DNA from: an uncultured Acidobacteriota bacterium
GTDB taxonomy: Bacteria > Acidobacteriota > Vicinamibacteria > Fen-336
DNA length: 64,000 nt
NCBI GenBank assembly: GCA_963720545.1
Contig: OY970399.1
Coordinates: 544,001-608,000, forward strand
Direction of reading: 5' to 3'
Under the pieces are notes generated by a model. It worked only from the letters and a program-made list of their open reading frames with translations, did no database searches and was not told the origin of the DNA. Position numbers and translations under genes: made by a program. Positions 8,918-18,933 of the stretch are shown piece after piece; positions within the stretch are counted from its first letter, which is position 1, and the number at the start of each line of letters is the position of its first letter.

Positions 8918-10384
8918 ATGACCGACGTGATCATGCCCCAGATGGGCGAGTCCATCGCCGAAGGCACGCTGACGCGATGGATGAAGAAGGTCGGCGACCG
9001 CATCGAGCGCGACGAACCGTTGTTCGAGATCTCGACCGACAAGGTCGACGCCGAGATTCCGGCGCCCGCGGCTGGCATCCTCACCGAGATCAGGGTCGAG
9101 GCCGGCGCCACGGTGCCCATCAACACCGTCGTCGGCATCATCGGCAGCGGCGATGCCGCCGCGGCGCCCGCGCCGCAAGCGCCGGCCGTCGCGCCCGCGC
9201 CGGCGGCACCAGCACCTCCGTCCGCGCCCACGGCTGCGCCCGCTCCTTCGGCCGCTCCCGCCGCGGCACCACCGGCTGCCGCGCCGCAAGGTGACGGCGC
9301 GTCCACGCCGCCACCCCAACGCGCTCCTGCCGCACCGGCCCCCGCGCCCCAGCCCGCTCAGGCAACAGCAGCCGCGCCGCCCACCGCGCCTGCCGCGCGC
9401 TCCGAAATGAGTGTCGACGAGCTGCGCCGCACGCGCTCCTCGCCGGTGGTCCGCAAGATCGCGTCCGAGTTCAACGTGGACATCAGCCAGGTCGAGGGCA
9501 GCGGCATTTCCGGCCGCGTCACCAAGCGCGACATCCTCAGCCACCTCGAGGGACGCCCCGGCACACCCGCCGGCTTTGACACCGGCGCCACGATGCCGCC
9601 CGCCACCGCGGCGACGTTGCCGCCCACGATGGGGCTCGGCGGCGACAGCGGAGAGACAGCGCCGTCCGCCATCCCTGCCTATCGCCCGGGCGAGCGCATC
9701 GAGGTCGTGCCGATGTCGCCCATCCGCCGCAAGACCGCCGAGCACATGACGCAAAGCAAGCGCATCTCGGCGCACGTCTCGACCGTGTGGGAAGTCGACA
9801 TGTCGCGCGTCGACCACTTGCGCCGCAAGCACGGCCCGGCCTACGCCGAGCGCTACTCCGTCAAGCTCACGTTCCTGCCGTTCGTGCTCAAGGCGACGCT
9901 CGACGCGCTCAAGGCGAATCCGGTGCTCAACACCAGCGTCGAGGGCGGCAACATCATCTACAAGAAGGACATCAACCTCGGCATCGCCGTGGCGCTCGAC
10001 TGGGGCCTCATCGTGCCCGTGATCCGCAATGCCGACGAGAAGAACCTGCTGGGGCTGGCGCGTGCCACCAATGACCTCGCCGAACGCGCGCGCGCCAAGA
10101 AACTCAAGGTGGACGAAATCCAGGGCGGCACCTTCACCATCACCAACCCGGGCGTCTTCGGCAGCCTGTTCGGCACGCCGATCATCAACCAGCCGCAGGT
10201 CGCGATTCTCGGCCTCGGCACCATCGAGAAGCGTCCGGTGGTGCGCGAAGACGCGATCGCCATCCGCACCATGGCCTACTTCGCCCTGACCTTCGACCAC
10301 CGGATCGTGGACGGCGCCGATGCCGACCGCTTCATGGCGCACCTCAAGAAGTCGCTGCAGGAGTTCGACGAAGGGAGCCTCTAA
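8918..10384 (+). CDS. Dihydrolipoamide acyltransferase (E2)
   Basis: Lipoyl domain EISTDKVDAE, Ala/Pro linker, subunit-binding domain GSGISGRVTKRD, catalytic DHRIVDG. Confidence 0.93.
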   Translation: MTDVIMPQMGESIAEGTLTRWMKKVGDRIERDEPLFEISTDKVDAEIPAPAAGILTEIRVEAGATVPINTVVGIIGSGDAAAAPAPQAPAVAPAPAAPAPPSAPTAAPAPSAAPAAAPPAAAPQGDGASTPPPQRAPAAPAPAPQPAQATAAAPPTAPAARSEMSVDELRRTRSSPVVRKIASEFNVDISQVEGSGISGRVTKRDILSHLEGRPGTPAGFDTGATMPPATAATLPPTMGLGGDSGETAPSAIPAYRPGERIEVVPMSPIRRKTAEHMTQSKRISAHVSTVWEVDMSRVDHLRRKHGPAYAERYSVKLTFLPFVLKATLDALKANPVLNTSVEGGNIIYKKDINLGIAVALDWGLIVPVIRNADEKNLLGLARATNDLAERARAKKLKVDEIQGGTFTITNPGVFGSLFGTPIINQPQVAILGLGTIEKRPVVREDAIAIRTMAYFALTFDHRIVDGADADRFMAHLKKSLQEFDEGSL

Positions 10385-10385
10385 G

Positions 10386-11072
10386 CTGCGCGCCCGCCGC
10401 CTCGGCCGCGTGCCCTACGCCGAAGGCCTGCGCCTGCAGGCGCAGCTGGTGGCGGAGCGCCAGCAGGACCTGGTCGAAGACACCCTGCTGCTCCTCGAGC
10501 ACGATCCGGTGTTCACTCTCGGCCGCAACGCGCGCAAGGAGCACGTGCTGTTCCCCGAGGAATGGCTGCGCGGCCGCGGCTTCGAGGTGTTCGAGTCCGG
10601 GCGCGGCGGCGACGTCACCTACCATGGCCCCGGCCAGCTGGTCGGCTACCCGATCTTCAAGCTGCCGCCCGCGCGCCGCGATGTGCACCGCTACGTGCGG
10701 GCGCTCGAAGACGTGATGATCCGGACCTGCGCCGCCTACGGAATCTCGGCGGGACGCGTCGCGGGAATGACGGGCGCCTGGGTCGGGGAGCAGAAGATCG
10801 GCGCCATCGGCGTGCGCATCGCCCGCTGGGTGACCTCCCACGGTTTCGCGCTCAACGTCAACAATTCGCTCGAGCCGTTTTCCCTCATTGTTCCGTGCGG
10901 CATCGCCGGCAAGGGTGTCACGAGCCTCGGCGCGCTGCTCGGCCGTGAAGAGCCGCTCGAGCGCGTGATGGACCGCATCGAGGAAAACGTCGGCGCGTTG
11001 CTGGCGCCCCGCAACGACGCCGACGCCGAGGCGGCTACCGAGACGGCGCGGCCGGCCGCAGCGCTGCGCTGA
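10386..11072 (+). CDS. lipB: Lipoyl(octanoyl) transferase LipB
   Basis: LLEHDPVFTLG, RGGDVTYHGPGQLVGYP, KIGAIG, SHGFALN, IVPCG; start uncertain (CTG 10386 or GTG 10410). Confidence 0.92.
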   Translation: MRARRLGRVPYAEGLRLQAQLVAERQQDLVEDTLLLLEHDPVFTLGRNARKEHVLFPEEWLRGRGFEVFESGRGGDVTYHGPGQLVGYPIFKLPPARRDVHRYVRALEDVMIRTCAAYGISAGRVAGMTGAWVGEQKIGAIGVRIARWVTSHGFALNVNNSLEPFSLIVPCGIAGKGVTSLGALLGREEPLERVMDRIEENVGALLAPRNDADAEAATETARPAAALR

Positions 11073-12411
11073 TTCGCTCCGCCAGCACCGCGGCGTCGGC
11101 GATGGCGGCGTTGATCGAGACACCGCGGCAGCCGTTGCCGCCGACGAACAGGGCGCCGCGGCTCGCTGCCAGCGCCTCGATGCGCGCGACGCGCGCGGTG
11201 TGGCCGGGCGCGTACTGCGGGATCCCGGCGCGATGCCGAAAGACGCGCACGAAGCGTGGCGCCGCGGTGATGCCCATGACGCGCCGCAGGTCGGAGCGCG
11301 CCGCGACCTCCAGCTCCTGGTCGGAAAGCTCGAGCACCTGCGGCGCCGCCGCCCCGCCGAGCATGGCGCGCAGCAGCGCGTGCCCGGCTGGGGCACGGTT
11401 CGCGAAGATCGCCGAATCCCAGAGCACCCCGAGGGTTTTCAAACCCTCGCCGCGGCCGGCGAGCACGCCGAAGCCGTCGAGCGGCCGCGACAGGTCGGCG
11501 CTGCGGTAACCGAGCGCCACCACCGCCACGTCCGCGGCGCCGATCGCCAACAGCTCCCGCGCGAGCAGCGCGTCGATGCCGGCGACCACCTCTGCGGCGG
11601 CGGCAGGCGGACAGCAGAGCGCAACGGCGTCGGCGACGAGCGTCTCGCCGGTGCGCAACTGCAGTCGGAAGCCGCCTTCCGGGCGGTCGATGTCGATGCG
11701 CGCAACCGCCGCTTTGGTGCGCAGCGCCGGGCCCACGCTGCGCGCCAGGCTCGCGGCGAGCGTCGCGACACCACCGCGCAGCGAGACCAGCCGGGCCCGG
11801 TGGCGGCCGCCGCGGCGGCGCGCCAGCATGCCGCGGAACAGGCTTCCGTGCTCTTGCTCGAGGCGGCAAAGTGCCGGGAACGCGGCGCCGCTCGACAGCT
11901 CGCGCGGGTCGCCCGCGAAGACGCCCGCCGCCATCACGTCGGCGATGGCCGCCGCTGCCTCCTCGCCCAGGCGCCGTGCGAGGAACGCGTGTACGGTCTC
12001 GTCGCCGCTTTCCGCCGACGCAGTGCCCCGGGGCACGAACGGCTCGCGCAGCAGGCGCAGCTTGCCGCGCGCGCTGAGCAGCCGGCTGCGGGCAAACGAC
12101 GCGGGCCCCGTGGGCACGCGATGCAGCTCCCGGCCGCGATAGACGTAGCGCCGCCGCGCGTTGGCGTTGCTCGATTCGATCGCATCCTCGAGGCCGAGTG
12201 CCGCGATCAGCGAGCGGGTGGCCGGCTGGTTGTCGAGCCAGCCGTTGGCGCCGGCTTCGACCGTGTAGCCGTCGGCCTCCAGGGTGCACAGCTTGCCGCC
12301 CGCGCCTTGCGCCGCTTCGAGCACCACCGCCGTGATGCCGCCCTGCGCCAGGAGGCCGTGCGCGAGCGCCAGCCCGGAGACGCCGCCGCCGACGATCGCG
12401 ACCCGTTTCAC
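11035..12411 (-). CDS. hemY: HemY-type protoporphyrinogen oxidase
   Basis: VAIVGGGVSGL FAD motif, EAGAN, GVFAGDP, GFGVL, IPQY..GH; last gene of the hem operon. Confidence 0.9.
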   Translation of the reverse strand: MKRVAIVGGGVSGLALAHGLLAQGGITAVVLEAAQGAGGKLCTLEADGYTVEAGANGWLDNQPATRSLIAALGLEDAIESSNANARRRYVYRGRELHRVPTGPASFARSRLLSARGKLRLLREPFVPRGTASAESGDETVHAFLARRLGEEAAAAIADVMAAGVFAGDPRELSSGAAFPALCRLEQEHGSLFRGMLARRRGGRHRARLVSLRGGVATLAASLARSVGPALRTKAAVARIDIDRPEGGFRLQLRTGETLVADAVALCCPPAAAAEVVAGIDALLARELLAIGAADVAVVALGYRSADLSRPLDGFGVLAGRGEGLKTLGVLWDSAIFANRAPAGHALLRAMLGGAAAPQVLELSDQELEVAARSDLRRVMGITAAPRFVRVFRHRAGIPQYAPGHTARVARIEALAASRGALFVGGNGCRGVSINAAIADAAVLAERISAALRPAAPSR

Positions 12412-12422
12412 TGGTGGGCGGC

Positions 12423-13814
12423 CTACACCGTCCGCGAAAAACCGGTGCGTGCCGAGGCGCCGCGGCGATACCGGTCGAACACCATGCAGACGTTGCGCAC
12501 CAGCAGGCGCCCGCGTTCGGTCACCGCCACCTCGGTGGCGTCGGGCGTCACCGCAACGATGCCGTCTTCGCTGAGCGCGCCGCGCAGCTCGGCCAGCTCG
12601 GCGGCGAAGTAGTCGCGGAACGACACGCCGAAGCGGCTCTCGACCGCGCGCGCCGCGACGCGAAAGTTGCACATCAGTTCCGCGATCACATGCCGCCGCA
12701 GCCGGTCGTCGGCGTCGAGGCGAAAGCCGCGCTCGATCGGGAAGCGGCCGCGGTCGAGCGCTTCGTAGTACTCGCTCAGCTTCTTAACGTTCTGCGCGAA
12801 CGCCCCGGAGACGTCGCCGATGGCGGAAACACCGCAGCCGACCATGTCCGGCGCGGGCCGCGTGGTGTAGCCCATGAAGTTACGGTGCAGGATGCCGGCG
12901 CGCGCGGCGATCGCGAGTTCGTCCTCCGGCACCGCGAAGTGGTCCATGCCGATCGCGGCATAGCCGGCGCCGAGGAAGCGTTCGCGCGCCATGAGGAAGA
13001 GCGCCATCTTCTCCTCGGCCGAGGGCAGCGCCTCTGGCGACAGCGTGCGCTGATGGCCCTTCATCCACGGCACGTGCGCGTAGGAATAGATCGCGGTGCG
13101 CTCCGGCCGGTTGCGCAACACGCTGTCGAGCGTGCGCGCGAAGCCGTCGCGGGTCTGCCGCGGCAGCCCGTAGATCAGGTCGACGTTGGTCGAGCGGAAA
13201 CCCGCGGCGCGCGCCTGCGCCAGCAGCGTCCAGGTTTCTTCCTCCGACTGGATGCGGTTGACCGCCTGCTGCACGGGCGCGTCGAAGTCCTGCACGCCCA
13301 GCGAAAGGCGGTTGAAGCCGAGGCGCCGCAGCGTATCGATGTGCTCGGCCGTGGTGACGCGCGGGTCCACCTCGATGGCCGCTTCGCCCTGCGGGTCGAG
13401 GTCGAAGTGCTGCGCGACCACGTCCTGCAGCTCCTGCATCTGCGCGGGAGCCAGGTACGTGGGGGTGCCGCCGCCCCAGTGATACTGCACCACGCGGCGG
13501 CGGCCGCCGAGTGCGCCGGCAAGCATCGCCAGCTCGCGGTGCAGGTAGCCGAGGTACTTTTCGGCCACCGAGCGGTTCTTGGTGATGATCACCATGCAGC
13601 CGCAGAAAGTGCAGCGCTCTTCGCAGAAGGGCAGGTGGAGGTAGAGCGACAGCGGCTGATCCGGTGCTCGCGCCGCGGCGGCCAGCTGCTCGCGGTATGC
13701 GGGCTCGTCGAACGCGCTGCTGAACTCGAGCGCGGTCGGATACGACGTGTAGCGCGGACCGGGCCGGTCGTAGGCCCGCAGCAGCTCCAGCGGCACGGCC
13801 GCGGCGGCGCTCAA
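12423..13814 (-). CDS. hemN: Oxygen-independent coproporphyrinogen III oxidase (radical SAM)
   Basis: GPRYTSYP, YLHLPFCEERCTFCGC, GGGTP, MDHFA, RNFMGY. Confidence 0.95.
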   Translation of the reverse strand: MSAAAAVPLELLRAYDRPGPRYTSYPTALEFSSAFDEPAYREQLAAAARAPDQPLSLYLHLPFCEERCTFCGCMVIITKNRSVAEKYLGYLHRELAMLAGALGGRRRVVQYHWGGGTPTYLAPAQMQELQDVVAQHFDLDPQGEAAIEVDPRVTTAEHIDTLRRLGFNRLSLGVQDFDAPVQQAVNRIQSEEETWTLLAQARAAGFRSTNVDLIYGLPRQTRDGFARTLDSVLRNRPERTAIYSYAHVPWMKGHQRTLSPEALPSAEEKMALFLMARERFLGAGYAAIGMDHFAVPEDELAIAARAGILHRNFMGYTTRPAPDMVGCGVSAIGDVSGAFAQNVKKLSEYYEALDRGRFPIERGFRLDADDRLRRHVIAELMCNFRVAARAVESRFGVSFRDYFAAELAELRGALSEDGIVAVTPDATEVAVTERGRLLVRNVCMVFDRYRRGASARTGFSRTV

Positions 13815-14887
13815 GCGCTCACCCGCTCGCTTTGCTCGCGCACCGCGTCCACCAGCACCTGCGCGTGATCGGGCGGCGTCATCGGCAGGATGCCGTGGCC
13901 GAGGTTGAAGATGTGTCCGCCGCCGGCGCGCGCGGCGGCCGCCAGCACGGCGGCGATGCGCTCACGGATCGCCTGCGGCGGCGCCAGCAGCACGGCGGGA
14001 TCGAGGTTCCCCTGCAGCGCCGGGCCGCGCCCGAGCTTCTGCCGCGCGTCGTCGAGGTCCACGCGCCAGTCCACCCCCACCACGTCGGCGCGCACGTCGC
14101 GCACCCGCGACAGCCGCCCGGCCGAGCCTTCGCCGGCATAGTAGATCCGCGGCGGGCTGGCACCTTGTGGACTGGCACTCGCCACGGCGTCCATCACCTG
14201 GCGCGCATAGGGAATCGCGAACGTCTCGTCGTCGTCCTTCGACAGGATGCCGGCCCAGCTGTCGAACAGCATCACCGCCTGCGCACCCGCCTCGGCCTGC
14301 GCCGCCAGCGACAGGGCCGCCGTCGCCGCGCAGATGGCGAGCAGGCGGTGCGCGGTGGCCGGGTCGTTGTAGAGGAGCGACTTCAGCGCAGCGAAGTTCT
14401 TCGTGCCGCCACCCTCGACGAGGTAGGCCGCGACGGTGAACGGCGCGCCGGCAAAGCCGATGAGCGGTACCGTTGGCGGCAGCGCGCCGCGCACCAGCCG
14501 CAGCGTCTCCAGCAGCCAGGGTGTTGCTTCGGCGGCGGGTGCGACGCGCAGCGTATCGACGTCGGCCGGCGTGCGGATGGTGCGCGCCAGCTTCGGTCCG
14601 GGGGCAAAAGCCACGTCAACCCCCATGCCCGGCAGGCCGATGAGAATGTCGGAGAAGACGATCGCCGCGTCCACGCCGAAGCGGCGGATCGGCTGCAAGG
14701 TCAGTTCGCAGGCGATCTCCGGGGTCTTGCAGCTCGTCAGGAAATCGTAGCGCTCACGCACCGCGCGGTACTCCGGCAGGTAGCGCCCGGCCTGGCGCAT
14801 CATCCACACCGGCGTGCGCGGTACGTCCTCGCCGCGGCACGCGCGCAGGAAGAGCGCGTCTTCGTGCTGGCTGCGCGGCTCACTCAT
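13811..14887 (-). CDS. hemE: Uroporphyrinogen decarboxylase
   Basis: PVWMMRQAGRYLPEY, FSDIL, IGFAGAPFT, QGNLDP, FNLGHG. Confidence 0.96.
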   Translation of the reverse strand: MSEPRSQHEDALFLRACRGEDVPRTPVWMMRQAGRYLPEYRAVRERYDFLTSCKTPEIACELTLQPIRRFGVDAAIVFSDILIGLPGMGVDVAFAPGPKLARTIRTPADVDTLRVAPAAEATPWLLETLRLVRGALPPTVPLIGFAGAPFTVAAYLVEGGGTKNFAALKSLLYNDPATAHRLLAICAATAALSLAAQAEAGAQAVMLFDSWAGILSKDDDETFAIPYARQVMDAVASASPQGASPPRIYYAGEGSAGRLSRVRDVRADVVGVDWRVDLDDARQKLGRGPALQGNLDPAVLLAPPQAIRERIAAVLAAAARAGGGHIFNLGHGILPMTPPDHAQVLVDAVREQSERVSA

Positions 14888-16184
14888 GGGCAATGCGCAT
14901 CGCCTCGGCGGCCGCCGCGACGGTTGCGTCGATCTGGGCATCGGTGTGGGCGATGGAGATGAAGTTGGCCTCGAACTGCGACGGGGCGAGGAAAAAGCCG
15001 CGGTCGAGCATCACGTGGAAGAAACGGCCATAGCGCGTGGCGTCGCTGGCCTTCGCCGAGGGCCAGTCGACGACCGCGTCTGCGGTGAAGAACAGCGTCC
15101 ACATGGACGCGGCGCGCTGGATGCGGCACGGCACGCCCTGTGCGGCGATGGCCCCCGCGATGCCCTGCTCGAGCCGCGCGCCGAGGGCTTCGAGCCGCGT
15201 GTAGAGATCGGGCATCGCGGCAATCGTGCGCAGCGTCGCGAGCCCTGCCGCCATGCCGAGCGGGTTGCCCGACAGCGTACCCGCCTGGTACACGGGCCCT
15301 TCCGGGGCCACCTGGCTCATCAGGTCGCGGCGCCCGCCGTAGGCTGCGACCGGCAGGCCGCCGCCGACGATCTTGCCGAGGGTCGTGAGGTCGGGCCGCA
15401 CCGAGAACCGCTCCTGCGCGCCACCGCGGCTCACGCGGAAGCCGGTCATCACCTCGTCGAAGATGAGGAGCGCGCCGTGCTCGTCGCACAGCGCGCGCAG
15501 ACCGCCCAGGAAGCCCGCGGCCGGCACGACCACGCCCATGTTGCCGACCACCGGTTCGACGATGAGCGCGGCAACCTTGCCGGGATTGGCGGCAAACAGC
15601 GCGGACACATCGGCGAGGTCGTTGAAGCGGGCGTTCAGTGTATCGCGCGCCGTGGCCGGCGTGACCCCGGGGCTGTCCGGCGTGCCGAAGGTCGCGGCAC
15701 CCGAGCCGGCGCGGATCAGGAACGAGTCGGCATGGCCGTGGTAGCAGCCCTCGAACTTGATGACACGATCCCGGCCGGTAGCCGCACGCGCCAGCCGGAT
15801 CGCGGACATGGTGGCCTCGGTGCCCGAGTTCACCATGCGCACCTTCTCGATCGCCGGCATGAGGCTCGTCAGCAGCTCGCCCATCTCCACTTCGAGCCGG
15901 CTCGGCGCGCCGAACGAGATGCCGGCCCGGGCTTGCTCACGCACCGCCGCAACCACCGCCGGGTGCGAGTGGCCCAGGATCATCGGACCCCACGAACCGA
16001 TGTAGTCGACGAGCGCCCGGCCGTCCTCGTCGAAGACCAGCGAGCCTGCGGCGCGGGCGATGAACCGCGGGCTGCCGCCGACTGCGCGGTAGGCGCGCAC
16101 CGGCGAATTGACGCCGCCCGGCAGCACCTTCCCCGCCCGCTCGAAGAGCAACTCGCTGGCGGTCGTTTCGCTCGCTTGCGTCAT
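14880..16184 (-). CDS. hemL: Glutamate-1-semialdehyde 2,1-aminomutase
   Basis: PGGVNSPVRA, NSGTEA, FEGCYHGH, FDEVMTGFR, GKIVGGG. Confidence 0.96.
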   Translation of the reverse strand: MTQASETTASELLFERAGKVLPGGVNSPVRAYRAVGGSPRFIARAAGSLVFDEDGRALVDYIGSWGPMILGHSHPAVVAAVREQARAGISFGAPSRLEVEMGELLTSLMPAIEKVRMVNSGTEATMSAIRLARAATGRDRVIKFEGCYHGHADSFLIRAGSGAATFGTPDSPGVTPATARDTLNARFNDLADVSALFAANPGKVAALIVEPVVGNMGVVVPAAGFLGGLRALCDEHGALLIFDEVMTGFRVSRGGAQERFSVRPDLTTLGKIVGGGLPVAAYGGRRDLMSQVAPEGPVYQAGTLSGNPLGMAAGLATLRTIAAMPDLYTRLEALGARLEQGIAGAIAAQGVPCRIQRAASMWTLFFTADAVVDWPSAKASDATRYGRFFHVMLDRGFFLAPSQFEANFISIAHTDAQIDATVAAAAEAMRIAHE

Positions 16185-16187
16185 GGT

Positions 16188-17171
16188 TCACGCCAGCAGG
16201 CGCGCAGCCTCCTTCGCGAAGTAGGTCAGGATCACGTCGGCGCCCGCGCGGCGGATCGCGATCAGCGACTCCAGCATGGCGCGTTCGCCGTCGATCCAGC
16301 CGTTGGCGGCCGCGGCGCGCAGCATCGCGTACTCGCCCGAGACGTGGTAGGCGCAGACCGGCGCCGCGAAGCGCTGCTTCACTCGCCAGATGACGTCGAG
16401 ATACGGGAGCGCCGGCTTCACCATGACGACGTCGGCGCCCTCTTCGAGATCGAGCGCCACCTCGCGCAGCGCTTCGTCGGAATTGGCGGGATCCATCTGG
16501 TAGCCGCGGCGGTCGCCGAAGGACGGCGTCGAGCCGGCGGCTTCACGAAACGGCCCGTAGAAAGCCGATGCGTACTTCGCCGCGTACGACACCAGCACCA
16601 CGTCGCTGCGTCCGGCGGCGTCGAGAGCGCGACGGATGACGCCGACGCGGCCGTCCATCATGTCGGAGGGCGCAACCACGTCGGCGCCGGCCTCCGCGTA
16701 GACGAGCGCTGCCTGCGCCAGCAGCGGCAGCGTCGCGTCGTTGTCCACCTCGACGCCGCGCGCATCCTCGTGCAGCGGCCCGCAGTGGCCGTGGTCGGTG
16801 TACTCGCACAGGCACACGTCGGCCCACAGCGACATCTGCGGCAACTCAACCCGCAGGGCGCGCAGCGCCGCCGGCACCGGCCCGTTCGGATCCCACGCCG
16901 CCGTCCCGTGCGCGTTCTTCGCGTCAGGGATGCCGAAGAGGATGACGCCCGGCACGCCGAGCGAGTGCAGCTCACGGCATTCCCCTAGCAGCAGGTCGAC
17001 GCTGAGGCGGTCGCAACCGGGCATCGCGCCGATGGGCACGCGCACGTTCTCGCCGCCGCACACGAACAGCGGCGCGATCAGGTCGCTCGGCGCGAGCCGC
17101 GTCTGCGCGAACATCCGGCGCAGCGTCTCGGTGCGCCGCAGGCGCCGCGGCCGCGACAGCGGATAGCTCAA
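16188..17171 (-). CDS. hemB: Porphobilinogen synthase (Zn-binding type)
   Basis: RPRRLR, DVCLCEYTDHGHCG, PSDMMDGR, FYGPFR, MVKPA; TTG start overlapping the hemD stop. Confidence 0.96.
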   Translation of the reverse strand: MSYPLSRPRRLRRTETLRRMFAQTRLAPSDLIAPLFVCGGENVRVPIGAMPGCDRLSVDLLLGECRELHSLGVPGVILFGIPDAKNAHGTAAWDPNGPVPAALRALRVELPQMSLWADVCLCEYTDHGHCGPLHEDARGVEVDNDATLPLLAQAALVYAEAGADVVAPSDMMDGRVGVIRRALDAAGRSDVVLVSYAAKYASAFYGPFREAAGSTPSFGDRRGYQMDPANSDEALREVALDLEEGADVVMVKPALPYLDVIWRVKQRFAAPVCAYHVSGEYAMLRAAAANGWIDGERAMLESLIAIRRAGADVILTYFAKEAARLLA

Positions 17172-17959
17172 TGGAGCCGCACCCTGCGACCTTCGATTGC
17201 GGCCATCACCGCTTCCGCCAGGCCGTCCACCGTGCGGCAGCGCGGTTCGACGTCGGCGGGCGCGCCCAGCGACGCGAGCGCTGCCGACGTCGTCGGCCCG
17301 ACACTGGCCACCACGGTCCTCTTCACAAGCACCCGAAGCGAAGCATCGTCGAACGCCGCGGCCAGTGAAAAGGCGGCGGACGGCGCAAGGAACGTCACCG
17401 CGGCGATCTCGCCGGCATCGAGCAGCGCGCGGAAGCGCCCTGTCTCCGCGGGCTCGGTGGCGCTGGTCGTGTAGGCAACCGGGTCGCAGACCGTGAAGCC
17501 CATCGCCTCGAGGCGCAATCGGAAGTCGGGAGCGGCGCGCTCCGAGCGCGGCCACAGCACCCGGCCGCGACCAACTGCGTCGAGAGCCGCCGCGAGCCCT
17601 GCCGCGCCCGCGTCCGGTGCCGCCACCACCACGTCCGGCGCGATGTCCTCGGCAAGCAGCGCTTCGGCAGTCGCCGGCCCGGCCGCCGCCACCAACGGGC
17701 GCTCGGCACATCGCGCCAGCAGCATCGTGAAGCCGCGGCCGCACGCAGCCGCAACCGCGCGCCGGCTCGTGAACGCGACGCTGCGGAACGTCGCGAGGTC
17801 GCGAAGCGCCGCGTCGAGCGGGGCGAAGTCGCCGGGCTCGCCAATGGCGGTGGCGGCAAGGGGAAACGGCGCCGCGCCGCGCCGCGCCAGCGCTTGCCAG
17901 AGCGGGCCGCCCGCGCCCTCGTCGCGGGTGATGACGACGATGGGCCGTGCCGCGTTCAT
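17168..17959 (-). CDS. hemD: Uroporphyrinogen-III synthase
   Basis: VITR, FTSRRAV, GPATA, AYTT, SVGPTT; position between hemC and hemB. Confidence 0.85.
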   Translation of the reverse strand: MNAARPIVVITRDEGAGGPLWQALARRGAAPFPLAATAIGEPGDFAPLDAALRDLATFRSVAFTSRRAVAAACGRGFTMLLARCAERPLVAAAGPATAEALLAEDIAPDVVVAAPDAGAAGLAAALDAVGRGRVLWPRSERAAPDFRLRLEAMGFTVCDPVAYTTSATEPAETGRFRALLDAGEIAAVTFLAPSAAFSLAAAFDDASLRVLVKRTVVASVGPTTSAALASLGAPADVEPRCRTVDGLAEAVMAAIEGRRVRLH

Positions 17960-18933
17960 CGTTCCACCGCCGCGGCCAGCGCAGGATTGGCGGCGTGCGC
18001 CGCGCGCACTTCAGAAAGGATGGCGCTGGCACCCTCGGCGAGCGCGCGGCCTCCAAGGACATCGCCGAACGCAACCGCAGCCGCCTCGCTCGTGACCTCC
18101 TCGACAGCACGCTGCCGCACCACTTGCTGTCCATTGACGCTTGCGACCATCGCATCGAGCTGCAGGCGGCCGTCCTGCCAGGTGCCCAGAGCGCCCACCG
18201 GCGCCTGACAGCCGCCTTCGACGCGATGGAGGAACGCCCGCTCGGCAGCCACCGCCAGGCGGGTCGGCCCATGGTCGAGCGCCGCGGCCAGCGCGCATGC
18301 GCGTGCGTCGCCGCTGCGCACCTGCACGGCAAGCGCCCCCTGTCCCGGCGCCGGCACGAAGTCACGCGCGTCGAGCAGCTCGCTCACACGCCGTGCGAGC
18401 CCCAGGCGCGCGAGCCCGGCCTGCGCCAGGATCACGGCGTCGCAGTCGCCGCGGTCGAGTTTCGCGAGGCGGGTCGGCACGTTGCCGCGCAGGTCGCACA
18501 CGCGCAGGTCGGGGCGGGCCGCGAGCAGCTGCGCGCGGCGGCGCAGCGACGACGTGCCGATGCGCGCGCCGCGGCCGAGCTGCCGCAACCCGCCGCCGGC
18601 GCGCGACACCAACGCGTCGCGCGGATCCTCGCGTTCCAGGATCGCGGCAAGCTGCAGGCCGGCGCCCGGCGCCGTCTGCAGGTCCTTGAGGCTGTGGACG
18701 GCGATGTCGACGCGCCCTTCTAACAGTGCATCCTCGATCTCGCGCGTGAAGACCCCCTGGGTGCCGATGGCGGCGAACGCCGCGGCGGCGGCCTGGTCAC
18801 CGGCGGTCCGGACGACGACCACCTCGATGCCGAGCCCAGGCGTCGCCTCCAGGAGCCGTTCGCGGACATGCCCGGCCTGCCACAAGGCCAGGGCGCTGCC
18901 GCGCGTGCCGAGCCGCAGCGCTGCGTCAGCCAA
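17956..18933 (-). CDS. hemC: Hydroxymethylbilane synthase (porphobilinogen deaminase)
   Basis: LGTRGSALALWQ, AVHSLKD, GTSSLRR, RGNVPTR, PAPGQG, GGCQAP. Confidence 0.96.
   Translation of the reverse strand: MADAALRLGTRGSALALWQAGHVRERLLEATPGLGIEVVVVRTAGDQAAAAAFAAIGTQGVFTREIEDALLEGRVDIAVHSLKDLQTAPGAGLQLAAILEREDPRDALVSRAGGGLRQLGRGARIGTSSLRRRAQLLAARPDLRVCDLRGNVPTRLAKLDRGDCDAVILAQAGLARLGLARRVSELLDARDFVPAPGQGALAVQVRSGDARACALAAALDHGPTRLAVAAERAFLHRVEGGCQAPVGALGTWQDGRLQLDAMVASVNGQQVVRQRAVEEVTSEAAAVAFGDVLGGRALAEGASAILSEVRAAHAANPALAAAVER

Noticed and set aside
9150..9410. Repetitive GCC/CCG-rich tract
   Set aside because: Encodes the normal Ala/Pro linker of the E2 subunit
11035..11072. 38-bp convergent overlap of lipB and hemY
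   Set aside because: Short 3' overlaps are common in high-GC genomes; no sign of function
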